DNA of 64,000 nucleotides. It comes from Gammaproteobacteria bacterium RIFOXYD12_FULL_61_37 (GTDB lineage Bacteria > Pseudomonadota > Gammaproteobacteria > Chromatiales > Chromatiaceae). Below the pieces are notes generated by a model. It made no database searches. It was not told the origin of the DNA and was given only the letters and a program-made list of their open reading frames with translations. Positions 20,710-30,107 of this stretch are shown in pieces; the stretch's first letter is position 1; each line of letters begins with the position of its first letter. Position numbers and translations under genes: made by a program. The stretch covers positions 3,817 to 67,816 of the forward strand of contig MGZB01000011.1 in assembly GCA_001801995.1 (NCBI GenBank), read 5' to 3'.

Positions 20710-21732
20710 GTGCGGCTTCGCGCCGATCAACTGACGGGCCGTCTCGCCAAGCAATTCGACCCGGTTTATCTGATCAGCGGGGATGAGCCCCTGCAACTCA
20801 ACGAATCGGCGGACGCCTTGCGCCGCGCTGCGGTCCGCAACGGTTTCAGCGAGCGGATATTGTTCGAGGTCCAGGCCGGATTCCAGTGGGGCGACCTGGC
20901 CGGCGAAGCCAACAGCCTCTCACTCTTTGCCGATAAACGCCTCATCGACCTGCGGCTCAAGTCCAGCGCCATCGGTGTTGAAGGCAGCAAGGCCCTGGCC
21001 GATTACTGCGCCGCGCCGCCGCCGGATACCCTGCTTCTGATCACCGCCCCAAAACTGGAACACAAGCAGCTCGGCACCAAGTGGGTCAAGGCCATCGAGA
21101 CGGTTGGCGTTCTCGTGCAGATCTGGCCCATCACCGCCGATCGCCTCACGCCTTGGCTGGAACAGCGCATGAGGAGCAAGGGGCTGACGCCCGAGGCCGG
21201 CGTGGTGCCGATGCTGGCCGAACGGGTGGAGGGCAACCTCCTGGCCGCCGTCCAGGAGATCGAAAAGCTGCTGTTGCTCCAGGGTCCCGGCGTCGTCAGT
21301 GTTCAGGCGTTGACCCAGGCCGTTGCCGACAGCGCCCGCTTCGATGTCTACAATCTGGTGGACAAGGCCCTGCAGGGCGATGCTGCCCGCTGCGTCCGTA
21401 TTCTCGCCGGCCTGCGCGCGGAGGGGGTCGCCGAGCCCATCGTCCTTTGGGCGTTGGCGCGGGAGCTGCGTTCCCTCTCGGCCATGGCCAGGGAGGTGCG
21501 GCAAGGGATGCCCATCGAATCCGCCATGGCCAAGGCCGGGATCTGGGACAAACGCAAATCCATCGTGCAAGGTGCCCTCCGCCGCCTGCGCCAGTCCCAG
21601 ATACAGGAGCTGATCCGCCAGTGCCGGGACGCGGACATACAGATCAAAGGGGTCGCCCCCGGCAACCCCTGGGATATCTTCGAACGGATCGTCCTGGGTC
21701 TGGGTGGGGTGGGATTCAGGCTTTGCGCCTAA
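20710..21732 (+). CDS. holA: DNA polymerase III delta subunit
   Basis: VRLRADQLTGRLAKQFDPVYLISGDEPLQ resembles the HolA N-terminus. GTG at 20710 is chosen as the start. In-frame upstream codons (ATG at 20671, ORF-track start at 20578) lie inside the MITE. Confidence 0.85.
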   Translation: MRLRADQLTGRLAKQFDPVYLISGDEPLQLNESADALRRAAVRNGFSERILFEVQAGFQWGDLAGEANSLSLFADKRLIDLRLKSSAIGVEGSKALADYCAAPPPDTLLLITAPKLEHKQLGTKWVKAIETVGVLVQIWPITADRLTPWLEQRMRSKGLTPEAGVVPMLAERVEGNLLAAVQEIEKLLLLQGPGVVSVQALTQAVADSARFDVYNLVDKALQGDAARCVRILAGLRAEGVAEPIVLWALARELRSLSAMAREVRQGMPIESAMAKAGIWDKRKSIVQGALRRLRQSQIQELIRQCRDADIQIKGVAPGNPWDIFERIVLGLGGVGFRLCA

Positions 21733-21911
21733 GGGCTCGTAAAGAAATAACTTGAACATCTTGCATCTCGTCTTCGGGCCATCTTTGGACGCGGCTCAAT
21801 CGCAAAATCCTCGACGTAGCGCTGCTACGCCTGCGGCTTTGCTCAATCGCCGCATCCAAACCTGACCCAAATCCGAGCGCAATCTTGCCCAAGTTATTTC
21901 TTTACGAGCCC
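21733..21911 (-). mobile_element. Long-hairpin MITE, copy 2 (179 bp), opposite orientation, flanked by a direct TAA
   Basis: Terminal inverted repeats gggctcgtaaagaaataacttg / caagttatttctttacgagccc. The flanking TAAs are 21730-21732 (the holA stop) and 21912-21914. Confidence 0.85.
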
Positions 21912-21945
21912 TAACCTACTCAAATGTAACAACGTAGAATCAAAC

Positions 21946-23229
21946 ATGAGTCAGCAAACCCCAATCATCATCGATATCCCCGCCTACCTGGACGAGCTGG
22001 GCCGCCGGGCGCGGGCCGCCTCGCGCCATTTGGCCGCCGCCGACACGGCGGCGAAGAATGGCGCCTTGAACGCCATCGCCCATGACCTGGACAGCCACCG
22101 CGAGGCACTGATGGCGGAGAACCGCAAGGACCTGGAGGCAGGTAAGGCCAAAGGTCTGGACGCGGCCCTGCTGGACCGGCTGGAACTCACCCCTGGCCGC
22201 ATCGACGACATGATCGAAGGGTTGCGTCAGGTCGCCGCCCTGCCTGATCCCGTGGGCCAGATCTTCGACCTGAACTACCGCCCCAGCGGCATCCAGGTGG
22301 GCCGCATGCGCGTCCCCCTGGGCGTGGTCGGCATCATCTACGAGTCCCGGCCCAACGTCACCGCCGACGCCGCCGCGCTTTGTTTGAAATCGGGCAATGC
22401 CACGGTACTGCGAGGCGGTTCCGAGGCATTCCATTCCAACCAGATCATCGCCGCCTCCATCCACCGGGGGCTGGAGGCGGCTGGCCTGCCCGCCGACGCC
22501 GTACAGGTACTTGCCACCACCGACCGCGCCGCCGTGAGCCGGATGGTCGCCCTGCCGGAATACATCGATGTCATCATCCCCCGGGGCGGCAAGGGGCTGA
22601 TCGAGCGCATCGCCGCCGAGGCGCGGGTGCCGGTGATCAAGCACCTGCACGGCATCTGCCATGTCTACGTGGACGACGAGGCCGATCCGCAAAAGGCCTT
22701 CGACGTGGCCCTCAACGCCAAGACCCAGCGCTACGGCACCTGCAACACCATGGAGACCCTGCTGGTCAACGAGACCATCGCGCCCGACTTTCTGCCTGCC
22801 ATGGCGGCGGCCTATTGGGAGAAGGGGGTGGAGCTGCGCGGCTGCGACCTGACCCGCGCCATCCTGGGTGAAAAATGCCTGGCCGCCACGGCAGAGGACT
22901 GGGATACCGAGTACCTGGCACCGATCCTTTCGATCCGGGTGGTGGCCGGCATGGATGAGGCCATGGCCCACATTGCCGCCCATGGCTCCCTGCACACTGA
23001 CAGCATCATTACTGAAAACCTCACCAAGGCCCGTCGCTTCCTGCGCGAGGTGGACTCCAGCTCGGTCATGGTCAATGCCTCCACCCGCTTCGCCGATGGC
23101 TTCGAGTACGGCCTGGGGGCGGAGATCGGCATTTCCACCGACAAGTTCCACGCCCGTGGTCCGGTGGGGCTTGAGGGCCTGACCTCGGTCAAGTTCATCG
23201 TTCTGGGGGACGGCCATATCCGTAAATGA
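21946..23229 (+). CDS. proA: Gamma-glutamyl phosphate reductase
   Basis: 427 aa. IYESRPNVT and the catalytic Cys context [11 protein letters not shown]. Confidence 0.95.
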   Translation: MSQQTPIIIDIPAYLDELGRRARAASRHLAAADTAAKNGALNAIAHDLDSHREALMAENRKDLEAGKAKGLDAALLDRLELTPGRIDDMIEGLRQVAALPDPVGQIFDLNYRPSGIQVGRMRVPLGVVGIIYESRPNVTADAAALCLKSGNATVLRGGSEAFHSNQIIAASIHRGLEAAGLPADAVQVLATTDRAAVSRMVALPEYIDVIIPRGGKGLIERIAAEARVPVIKHLHGICHVYVDDEADPQKAFDVALNAKTQRYGTCNTMETLLVNETIAPDFLPAMAAAYWEKGVELRGCDLTRAILGEKCLAATAEDWDTEYLAPILSIRVVAGMDEAMAHIAAHGSLHTDSIITENLTKARRFLREVDSSSVMVNASTRFADGFEYGLGAEIGISTDKFHARGPVGLEGLTSVKFIVLGDGHIRK

Positions 23230-23861
23230 TCGGCATCTACGGCGGCACCTTCGATCCCGTCCACCATGGCCACCTGCGCCCGGCCCTGGAGGTCATGGAA
23301 GCCCTGGGGCTGGATGAGGTCCGCTTTCTGCCGTTGCGCCGGGCCGTACATCGGGAGCAGCCCATTGCCACCCAGGACCAGCGTCTCGCCATGCTGCGCG
23401 CCGCCCTGGCCGGCCAGCCCGGCTTTGTTATCGACGAGATCGAACTGGAGCGGGACGGCCCCTCTTACATGGTCGATACCCTCCGCCAACTGCGCGGCAA
23501 ACTCCCCGGCCGGACCCTCTGCCTCTTGCTCGGCGGGGACGCCTTCAACGGCTTTATGACGTGGCGTGAACCGGAAGCGATCTCCAGCCTCTGCCATCTC
23601 GTCGTGATGCAGCGGCCGGGCCACCGGCTGCCCGAGGAGCCTCGGCTGAGGGCACTGGTGCAAGAACGCCATAGTCCCTCGGCTGGGGCATTGGCCGAGC
23701 CGGACGGCGGGCGGATCTTCTTTCAACCCGTCACCCAGCTCGACATCTCGGCGACGGACATCAGAAGGCGCGCGGCAAACGGGCAATCCCTGCGATTCCT
23801 GCTGCCGGACAGCGTCATGCGCATCATTTGCGAACAAAACCTCTACACCGGTCATCATTGA
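23226..23861 (+). CDS. nadD: Nicotinate-nucleotide adenylyltransferase
   Basis: 211 aa. [11 protein letters not shown] motif. The start overlaps the proA stop. Confidence 0.93.
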   Translation: MIGIYGGTFDPVHHGHLRPALEVMEALGLDEVRFLPLRRAVHREQPIATQDQRLAMLRAALAGQPGFVIDEIELERDGPSYMVDTLRQLRGKLPGRTLCLLLGGDAFNGFMTWREPEAISSLCHLVVMQRPGHRLPEEPRLRALVQERHSPSAGALAEPDGGRIFFQPVTQLDISATDIRRRAANGQSLRFLLPDSVMRIICEQNLYTGHH

Positions 23862-23886
23862 AACAAGACAGCACACAGGAAACCCC

Positions 23887-24243
23887 ATGGAGACAGAAGC
23901 ATTGCGGGACTTGGTCGTAAAGACCCTCGAAGACATGAAGGCGCGGGATATCGAGATTTTCGATGTCCGCGATAAAACCAGCATCACCGACCTTATGATC
24001 GTGGCCAGCGGCACCTCGGACCGCCACGTCAAATCCACCGCCGAGTCCGTCGCCTTCCAGTCCAAGCTGGCCGGGGAAACGCCCCTGGGCATCGAGGGAA
24101 TTCGCGAAGGCGAATGGGCGCTCATCGACCTCAACTGCATCGTGGTCCACATCATGCTGCCCAAGGTGCGCGACTTCTACCAGATCGAGCGTCTGTGGAG
24201 CGACCCGACCCTTAGCAGGCGCAAGGAAAGCAGCGCGCAATAA
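23887..24243 (+). CDS. rsfS: Ribosome silencing factor RsfS (Iojap)
   Basis: 118 aa. TDLMIVASGTSDRHVKS and WALIDLNCIVVHIM are present, and the gene follows nadD as expected. Confidence 0.9.
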   Translation: METEALRDLVVKTLEDMKARDIEIFDVRDKTSITDLMIVASGTSDRHVKSTAESVAFQSKLAGETPLGIEGIREGEWALIDLNCIVVHIMLPKVRDFYQIERLWSDPTLSRRKESSAQ

Positions 24244-24303
24244 TGTGGCGGCTCCGGGATCAGGATTCCGTGCATCCACCCGCCATGCCGTATAATCCGC
24301 CCC

Positions 24304-24786
24304 ATGAGAAGACCCTATTATCCCTGGAGCTTGCGTAGTCTCCTGGAGTATCAATCCACCGTTGGCGGCCTGCTGGATCTCTGCGAGGAGAATTACCGTT
24401 ATATGTTGCGGCTTGCGCCGGAACTGGGTTCCTTGGCTGATCACCACCTGTCGCGCGTCGCCGGCAACATCGATCTCCACCTGGAGATCCTGGAGCAGAC
24501 CCCTTACACCACGCTGGTCCATCTGACCTACCGTTTCGGGGAGGGCGGGGCAGACCCGGACGCCCTGTTGCGCGTCTATCACGATGCCCGACAGATGGAG
24601 GTCATCGAGTTGCGGCAGCGGGTGCTGCCTTTGAACCGCCGGCCGGATATGGGTTCCCTCGAACGCAAATGGCGGCTCAATCTCTTCCTTTCCAAATGGC
24701 TGGGGTATTGTTGCCGCCAGGGACATCGCTTCGATGCCGGCACGGCCGGGTCCGTTGTGGAATGGGCCAGGGTGGCCTGCCTGTGA
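24304..24786 (+). CDS. DUF1249-like protein (YqiB family)
   Basis: 160 aa. The segment LCEENYRYMLRLAP... resembles YqiB-type proteins. The family assignment is from memory. Confidence 0.55.
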   Translation: MRRPYYPWSLRSLLEYQSTVGGLLDLCEENYRYMLRLAPELGSLADHHLSRVAGNIDLHLEILEQTPYTTLVHLTYRFGEGGADPDALLRVYHDARQMEVIELRQRVLPLNRRPDMGSLERKWRLNLFLSKWLGYCCRQGHRFDAGTAGSVVEWARVACL

Positions 24787-25649
24787 AGGCACTGCTGGAT
24801 ATCATGGCGCGGCTGCGGGACCCTGAGTCGGGTTGTCCCTGGGACCGGGCTCAGACCTTCGAGACCATCGCCCCCTACACCATCGAAGAGGCCTACGAGG
24901 TCGCCGAGGCCATCGCCGCCGGCGATCATGATGAATTGCGGGCTGAGCTGGGCGATCTGTTGTTTCAGGTAGTCTTTTATGCCCGCCTGGCCGAGGAGCA
25001 GGGGCTGTTCGATTTCGACGCGGTGGTGGCGGGGATCAGGGACAAGATGATCCGCCGTCATCCCCATGTCTTCGCCGATGTCCAGATCGGTTCGGTGGAG
25101 GAGCAGCACCAGGCCTGGGAGGAATTGAAGCGCGCTGAACGCCGCGAACAGTCGCTGCAGGGCTTGCTGGACAACGTGCCCCAGGCCCTGCCGGCCCTGA
25201 TGCGGGCGCAGAAGCTGCAAAAGCGGGCGGCCAAGGCCGGATTCGATTGGACGGAGCGGCAGGGGGTGATCGAAGGCTTGCCGCTCCCGGCTCACGCCCC
25301 TCACCTACATCCCTGTAGATGCAAGCTCCAGGAGGAGCTGCGGGAGCTGGAAAACGCGGGCCAGGACCCGGAGGCCCTGATGGAGGAGTGCGGCGATCTC
25401 TTGTTCAGTTGTGTCAACCTGATCCGCCACACCGGCGTGGATGCGGAAGAGGCCCTGCGCCGCGCCAACCGGAAGTTCGAGCGCCGCTTCCGCTTCATCG
25501 AGGCATCGCTCCAGACCCAGGGCAGGGACTTCTACGAGGCCGGGCTCCAAACCCTGGACCGGCTCTGGGACGAGGCCAAGGCCCATGAACGGGCGGGGAT
25601 TTCGGGCGGAACTAAGGGTGAAATTAAAGCGTCGGATGGATCGAAATGA
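24783..25649 (+). CDS. mazG: Nucleoside triphosphate pyrophosphohydrolase MazG
   Basis: A GTG start in a GTGA overlap with the preceding stop. VKALLDIMARLRDPESGCPWDRAQTFETIAPYTIEEAYEVAEAI, plus a second MazG repeat with EECGDLLFSCVNLIRH. Confidence 0.9.
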   Translation: MKALLDIMARLRDPESGCPWDRAQTFETIAPYTIEEAYEVAEAIAAGDHDELRAELGDLLFQVVFYARLAEEQGLFDFDAVVAGIRDKMIRRHPHVFADVQIGSVEEQHQAWEELKRAERREQSLQGLLDNVPQALPALMRAQKLQKRAAKAGFDWTERQGVIEGLPLPAHAPHLHPCRCKLQEELRELENAGQDPEALMEECGDLLFSCVNLIRHTGVDAEEALRRANRKFERRFRFIEASLQTQGRDFYEAGLQTLDRLWDEAKAHERAGISGGTKGEIKASDGSK

Positions 25650-26518
25650 GTTTTCTGAGACACGTATCCCGTTGCAACCGCCACAATCCGGGCGACTTTG
25701 TCCCCTTTCTGGACGGCGGGCGGCTGATCGGCCGTTTCCGCCATGCCTTCGCCGGGCGCCTCGCGGCCTGGCCGGAGATCTTCGGGATGGAAGATGGCCG
25801 GGTGCATTTGAGGGAGGGGCTGGGGGGCTATGAGGGGCGTAGCCAGGCCCTGGCCGGGGTGCTCGAAGCCCTGGTCGCGGACGGCGGGCATCCCTATGTA
25901 CTGGGCGAGCCCTTCCCGGTCACGCCCGCCGGCCGGGGCGAAGCCCTGTTCGAGATCGACCGGAGCGCAGCCTCTCTGTTTGGCATCCGTACTTTTGGCC
26001 AACACCTGAACGGCTATGTGATGGACGGCGGCGAGATGTTCATGTGGGTGGCCAAGCGGGCCTCCGACCGGCGCACCTATCCCGGCATGCTGGACCAGAT
26101 GGTGGCTGGCGGCGTTCCGGCGGGGCTGAGTCTGGGCGAGAATCTATGCAAGGAGTGCTGGGAGGAGGCGGGGATTCCCGAGTCCCTGGTGAAGGGGGCC
26201 GTGCCTGTCGGCGCCCTGAGCTACAACATAGATAATGCAAAAGGTTACAAATATGACATACTCTATTGTTATGACATGGAATTGCCTAGTGACTTCGTTC
26301 CCCAGTGTACCGACGGTGAGGTAGAGGGGTTCAGGCTCGAACCGATTGGCGAGGTGATGCGAGAGGTCCTTGAGACCGACCGGTTCAAACCCAACTGCAA
26401 TTTGGTGGTGATCGACTTTCTCCTGCGGCACGGCTTTATCGGCCCCGAGCATGGGGAATACCTGGATCTGATGACGGGGTTGCGCCCGGCCATGGCAAAC
26501 CCCTGGATGACGGCTTGA
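25646..26518 (+). CDS. NUDIX hydrolase with an N-terminal extension
   Basis: 290 aa. NUDIX-box-like GGVPAGLSLGENLCKECWEEAGI. The start overlaps the mazG stop. Confidence 0.7.
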   Translation: MSFLRHVSRCNRHNPGDFVPFLDGGRLIGRFRHAFAGRLAAWPEIFGMEDGRVHLREGLGGYEGRSQALAGVLEALVADGGHPYVLGEPFPVTPAGRGEALFEIDRSAASLFGIRTFGQHLNGYVMDGGEMFMWVAKRASDRRTYPGMLDQMVAGGVPAGLSLGENLCKECWEEAGIPESLVKGAVPVGALSYNIDNAKGYKYDILYCYDMELPSDFVPQCTDGEVEGFRLEPIGEVMREVLETDRFKPNCNLVVIDFLLRHGFIGPEHGEYLDLMTGLRPAMANPWMTA

Positions 26519-26675
26519 AATATTCGGGCCACCCCAGTAGATGAAAAATGGACAGGATTAACAGGATAATTTCATTAAAATCCAGTCAAAAATAGCTGCA
26601 CCGCAAGCGCTGGGATTGCATTTTCGCGGTAAAGTTTTTACTCCGCACCACGCACTGACTTTCACGGTAACGAAC

Positions 26676-28799
26676 ATGACGATGCGAATGATGGCGAAAT
26701 TTCTGCCGCTGTTGCTGCTGTGGCCCCTGGTCTCGGCGGGGGCAGCGACCAGCAACCATGAGGTCAGCCCGGCCGACTTGGTGCCCAGCCAGACCCACCG
26801 GCAAGCGGCGGTCATTATCACCAAGGTAATCGAGCGCCACCACGTCCGTAAGGTGCCGCTCGACGACAAATTGTCGAAGGAAATCTTCAAGCAATACCTG
26901 GAAGCCCTCGACCCGAACCGCAGTTTCTTCACCCAGGAGGACGTCCGGTCCTTCTCGGCCTATGAGACGCGGATGGACGATGTCCTGAATACGGCTGAGC
27001 TCGAACCTCCCTTCGAGATCTTTCTGACCTACCGGAAGCGCGCCGAGGCACAGGTGAAGCTGGCGCTACGCCTGCTGGACCAGAAGCAAGACTTCACGGT
27101 CAACGAGGATTATCGTTTTGATCGCACCAAGGCGCCCTGGGCGGCGGACGGCAAGGAGCTGGACGATATCTGGCGCAAACGGGTCAAGAACGACATCCTC
27201 TCCCTGCGCATGATGGGCAAGAAGGAAGATGAGCTGATCAAGACCCTGCGCAAACGCTACGAATCCACCCTGGCCCAGGTGAAGCAGTTCAACGCCGACG
27301 ATGTCTTCCAGACCTTCGCCAACGCCTACACCATGAGCCTGGAGCCCCATACCAGCTACATGTCGCCCCAGCTCTCCGAGAACTTCGACATCAGCATGCG
27401 CCTCTCCCTGGAGGGAATCGGCGCCGTGCTGCGCAGCCGCAACGAATATACCGAGATAATGAAGACGGTCCCCGGCGGCCCCGCCGATCTGAGCGGCCAA
27501 GTGCATAACGGCGACCGGATCATCGGCGTGGGGCAGGGAAACAATGGGGAGATCGAGAACGTGCTCGGCTGGCGCCTGCAAGACGTGGTGGACAAGATTC
27601 GTGGCCCCAAGGGTTCCGTGGTCCGCCTGGAGGTCCTGCCCAAGGGGGCGGCGGCCGGCGGTTCAGCCAAGACCATTCCCCTGATCCGTAACGAGATCAA
27701 GCTGGAAGACCAGGCCGCCAAGAAATCCATTATTCAGGGCATGGCCGAGATGAAGGGCCGCAAGATCGGTGTGATCGAAATCCCGGCCTTCTACCGGGAT
27801 TTCCAGGGGCAGAGCAGCGGCGACAAGAATTTCCGCAGTACTACCCGCGATGTCCGGAAATTGCTCAAGGACCTGACCGAGGAGAAGGTGGATGGCGTCG
27901 TCATCGACCTGCGCCAGAACGGCGGCGGCTCCCTGACCGAGGCGACGGAACTGACCGGTCTCTTCATCGACAAGGGGCCGGTGGTCCAGGTGCTGGATTC
28001 TGGCGGCAAGCTGGAGGTCGAGCGCGATAAAGACCCGGAGATCGTCTACCAGGGTCCCCTGGCCGTGCTGGTGGACGGCGAGAGCGCCTCTGCCTCCGAG
28101 ATCTTCGCCGGCGCCATCCAGGACTACGGGCGCGGCATCATCATTGGTGAACCCACCTTCGGCAAGGGCACCGTCCAGACCCTGATCGATCTGGATCGCT
28201 TCGTGCGCGGCGGCGACGAGGCCCTGGGGCGCCTGCGTCTGACCATGGCCCAGTTCTACCGGGTCAGCGGCAGCAGCACCCAGTTCAAGGGCGTGGTCCC
28301 CGATGTACTCTATCCCAACTCCGAAAGCGACAAGGAGCACGGCGAACGCTCCCTCGACAACGCCTTGCCCTGGAGCAGCATCGGGCCTGTGCGAAAAGTG
28401 ACCGAGATCCAGCGCGACAAGGTGCAGCTCATCGCCGAGCGTCATCGCTCGCGTATCAACGAAGACCCCGGCTTCCGTTTCCTCAACGAGGGCTATCGCA
28501 TCGCCAAGGAAGTGCGAGACCGGCACAGCATGAGCCTGCAAGAGAGCAAGCGCCGCGAGGATTGGCGCAATACCGAGCTGGCGCGAAGGGCCAGCGAGAA
28601 CCGCTTCCGTGGCAGCGTCGGCCTGAAACCCCTGCCGGAGAGTATCGATTTCGAAGCGGATGAGGATGACGAAGAGGGGACCAAGGCGATCTCCAAGATC
28701 CAATTGAACGAAGCCGCCCGCCTGCTGGCCGACTTCATCAACCTGGGACAGACCAGCCCCGTGAGCAGCGCCCCGCGCGCTGCGATGATCGATTTCTGA
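26676..28799 (+). CDS. prc: Tail-specific (C-terminal processing) protease, S41 family
   Basis: Signal peptide MTMRMMAKFLPLLLLWPLVSAGA. PDZ region present. Catalytic Ser context GESASASEIFAGA and Lys context FGKGTVQ. Confidence 0.93.
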   Translation: MTMRMMAKFLPLLLLWPLVSAGAATSNHEVSPADLVPSQTHRQAAVIITKVIERHHVRKVPLDDKLSKEIFKQYLEALDPNRSFFTQEDVRSFSAYETRMDDVLNTAELEPPFEIFLTYRKRAEAQVKLALRLLDQKQDFTVNEDYRFDRTKAPWAADGKELDDIWRKRVKNDILSLRMMGKKEDELIKTLRKRYESTLAQVKQFNADDVFQTFANAYTMSLEPHTSYMSPQLSENFDISMRLSLEGIGAVLRSRNEYTEIMKTVPGGPADLSGQVHNGDRIIGVGQGNNGEIENVLGWRLQDVVDKIRGPKGSVVRLEVLPKGAAAGGSAKTIPLIRNEIKLEDQAAKKSIIQGMAEMKGRKIGVIEIPAFYRDFQGQSSGDKNFRSTTRDVRKLLKDLTEEKVDGVVIDLRQNGGGSLTEATELTGLFIDKGPVVQVLDSGGKLEVERDKDPEIVYQGPLAVLVDGESASASEIFAGAIQDYGRGIIIGEPTFGKGTVQTLIDLDRFVRGGDEALGRLRLTMAQFYRVSGSSTQFKGVVPDVLYPNSESDKEHGERSLDNALPWSSIGPVRKVTEIQRDKVQLIAERHRSRINEDPGFRFLNEGYRIAKEVRDRHSMSLQESKRREDWRNTELARRASENRFRGSVGLKPLPESIDFEADEDDEEGTKAISKIQLNEAARLLADFINLGQTSPVSSAPRAAMIDF

Positions 28800-28818
28800 G
28801 GGGTAACTTTCTTCAGCC

Positions 28819-28846
28819 GCCCCCTCCTCTGGGAGGGGGCTGTTTC
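28819..28846 (+). terminator. Rho-independent terminator after prc
   Basis: A 9-bp stem gccccctcc/ggagggggc with a 4-nt loop, followed by tgtttctg. Confidence 0.7.
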
Positions 28847-28912
28847 TGATGGGTTGGCAGGGTTAGGCGATTTCCTGTCAATTAAATTTCCGGCAATCGC
28901 CTGACCGGAAAG

Positions 28913-29755
28913 CTATCGAACCGATGCCACGCGCTGGTTCGATTTCGCCAGCCAATTGCGAATGCGGTCGGAATCGCCGTAAGGGGTTTGCCTTCCGGTC
29001 GAGCTGAGCAGCACGATGGTCATGGTTTTGCCCGCCGCCTTGGCGTGCATGACCAGACAACGTCCCGCCTCGTCGGTGAATCCCGTCTTGGAGAGATAGA
29101 TCGTCCAGTTGGGGTTATTGCTGCGCAGGAACCGGTTGGTGACCTTGTACTGCATGGGCTTGCGTTGCGCCATGGGGCGTACTTGCATCGATTTGGTCGT
29201 GCTGGCCTCGCGAATGAGGGGATATTGCGCGGCGGCCTGGACCATCAGGGCCAAGTCCCTGGCGGTGGAGATGTTGCCTGGGTTCAGTCCCGTGGGGTCG
29301 CGGAAGCGGGAGCTCGTCATCCCCAGGGCTGCGGCTTTCTGGTTCATGGCCTGGATGAACGCGGGCTCGCCGCCGGGATAATAGCGGGAGAGGGCGTGGG
29401 CGGCGCGATTCTCGGAGGAGGAGAGGGCCAGCATCAGTGTCTCGCGCCGGGTCAGTTGCGCCCCGATGGGCAGCCGGGAGAAGGAGTGCTTGAGATTATC
29501 CCTGTCATCGGCGGTGACCGTGAGGATCTCATCGAGATCGGGATTGGCGTCCAAGGCAACCATGGCGGTCATCAGCTTGGTGACCGAGGCGATCGAAGCG
29601 ACGGAGTCGGGCTTTTTGCTTACCAGCACATGGCCTTCCTCGTCCAGAACCAGGGCGTATCTTGATAAAAGCCGGGGCGATGCTGCGGGGGCCTGCGCCG
29701 CCGCGAATCCTTCCGATGTCAATAAAACCATCAGTGTCAGCAAAATAAACCGCAT
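28913..29755 (-). CDS. D-alanyl-D-alanine endopeptidase/carboxypeptidase (peptidase S11, PBP7-like)
   Basis: Signal peptide, SxxK (SVTKLM), SxN (SSENR) and KTG (SKTGFT) motifs. The start at 29755 (MRFILL...) is preferred. Confidence 0.88.
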   Translation of the reverse strand: MRFILLTLMVLLTSEGFAAAQAPAASPRLLSRYALVLDEEGHVLVSKKPDSVASIASVTKLMTAMVALDANPDLDEILTVTADDRDNLKHSFSRLPIGAQLTRRETLMLALSSSENRAAHALSRYYPGGEPAFIQAMNQKAAALGMTSSRFRDPTGLNPGNISTARDLALMVQAAAQYPLIREASTTKSMQVRPMAQRKPMQYKVTNRFLRSNNPNWTIYLSKTGFTDEAGRCLVMHAKAAGKTMTIVLLSSTGRQTPYGDSDRIRNWLAKSNQRVASVR

Positions 29756-29883
29756 TGCTACTCTTCCTTCTCCAAATAAAACGAACATGATGGCCGCAAA
29801 TCCTAGTGTATGTGAAGCCTTTTTTGAAGACGTTGCCTGATAACGTCAATAATCCGCCGGCAGGGAGTCATTCGAACATGCCG

Positions 29884-30074
29884 TCTCTGAGAGGCTGTGA
29901 AAATATCCCCCGCCTACTGCGAACGTCCCTGGATGCGGTGGGCTGCGTTGCGAAGGCCACAATATCTGGTCATGTAGTCTCGCTACACTCCCAGATATTG
30001 TGGCCCTCGCGCCTTGCCCACCACACCCAGTGACGCTCTCGCTACGGCGGGGGATATTTTCACAGCCTCTGAGA
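29884..30074. mobile_element. Nested-palindrome MITE-like element (~190 bp), second family
   Basis: A perfect 25-bp outer inverted repeat agaggctgtgaaaatatcccccgcc (29890-29914 / 30046-30070). A perfect 15-bp inner inverted repeat ggccacaatatctgg (29955-29969 / 29991-30005). The arms between them are also partly complementary. Confidence 0.75.
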
Positions 30075-30107
30075 TAATCCCCTTTTCGGCCAGAGAGAAT
30101 CCAGCCC

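Noticed and set aside
21940-24164. Long minus-strand ORFs (425 aa and 450 aa) opposite proA, nadD and rsfS.
   Set aside because: The 450-aa ORF crosses the boundaries of three well-supported plus-strand genes, the 425-aa ORF mirrors proA, and neither has family resemblance.
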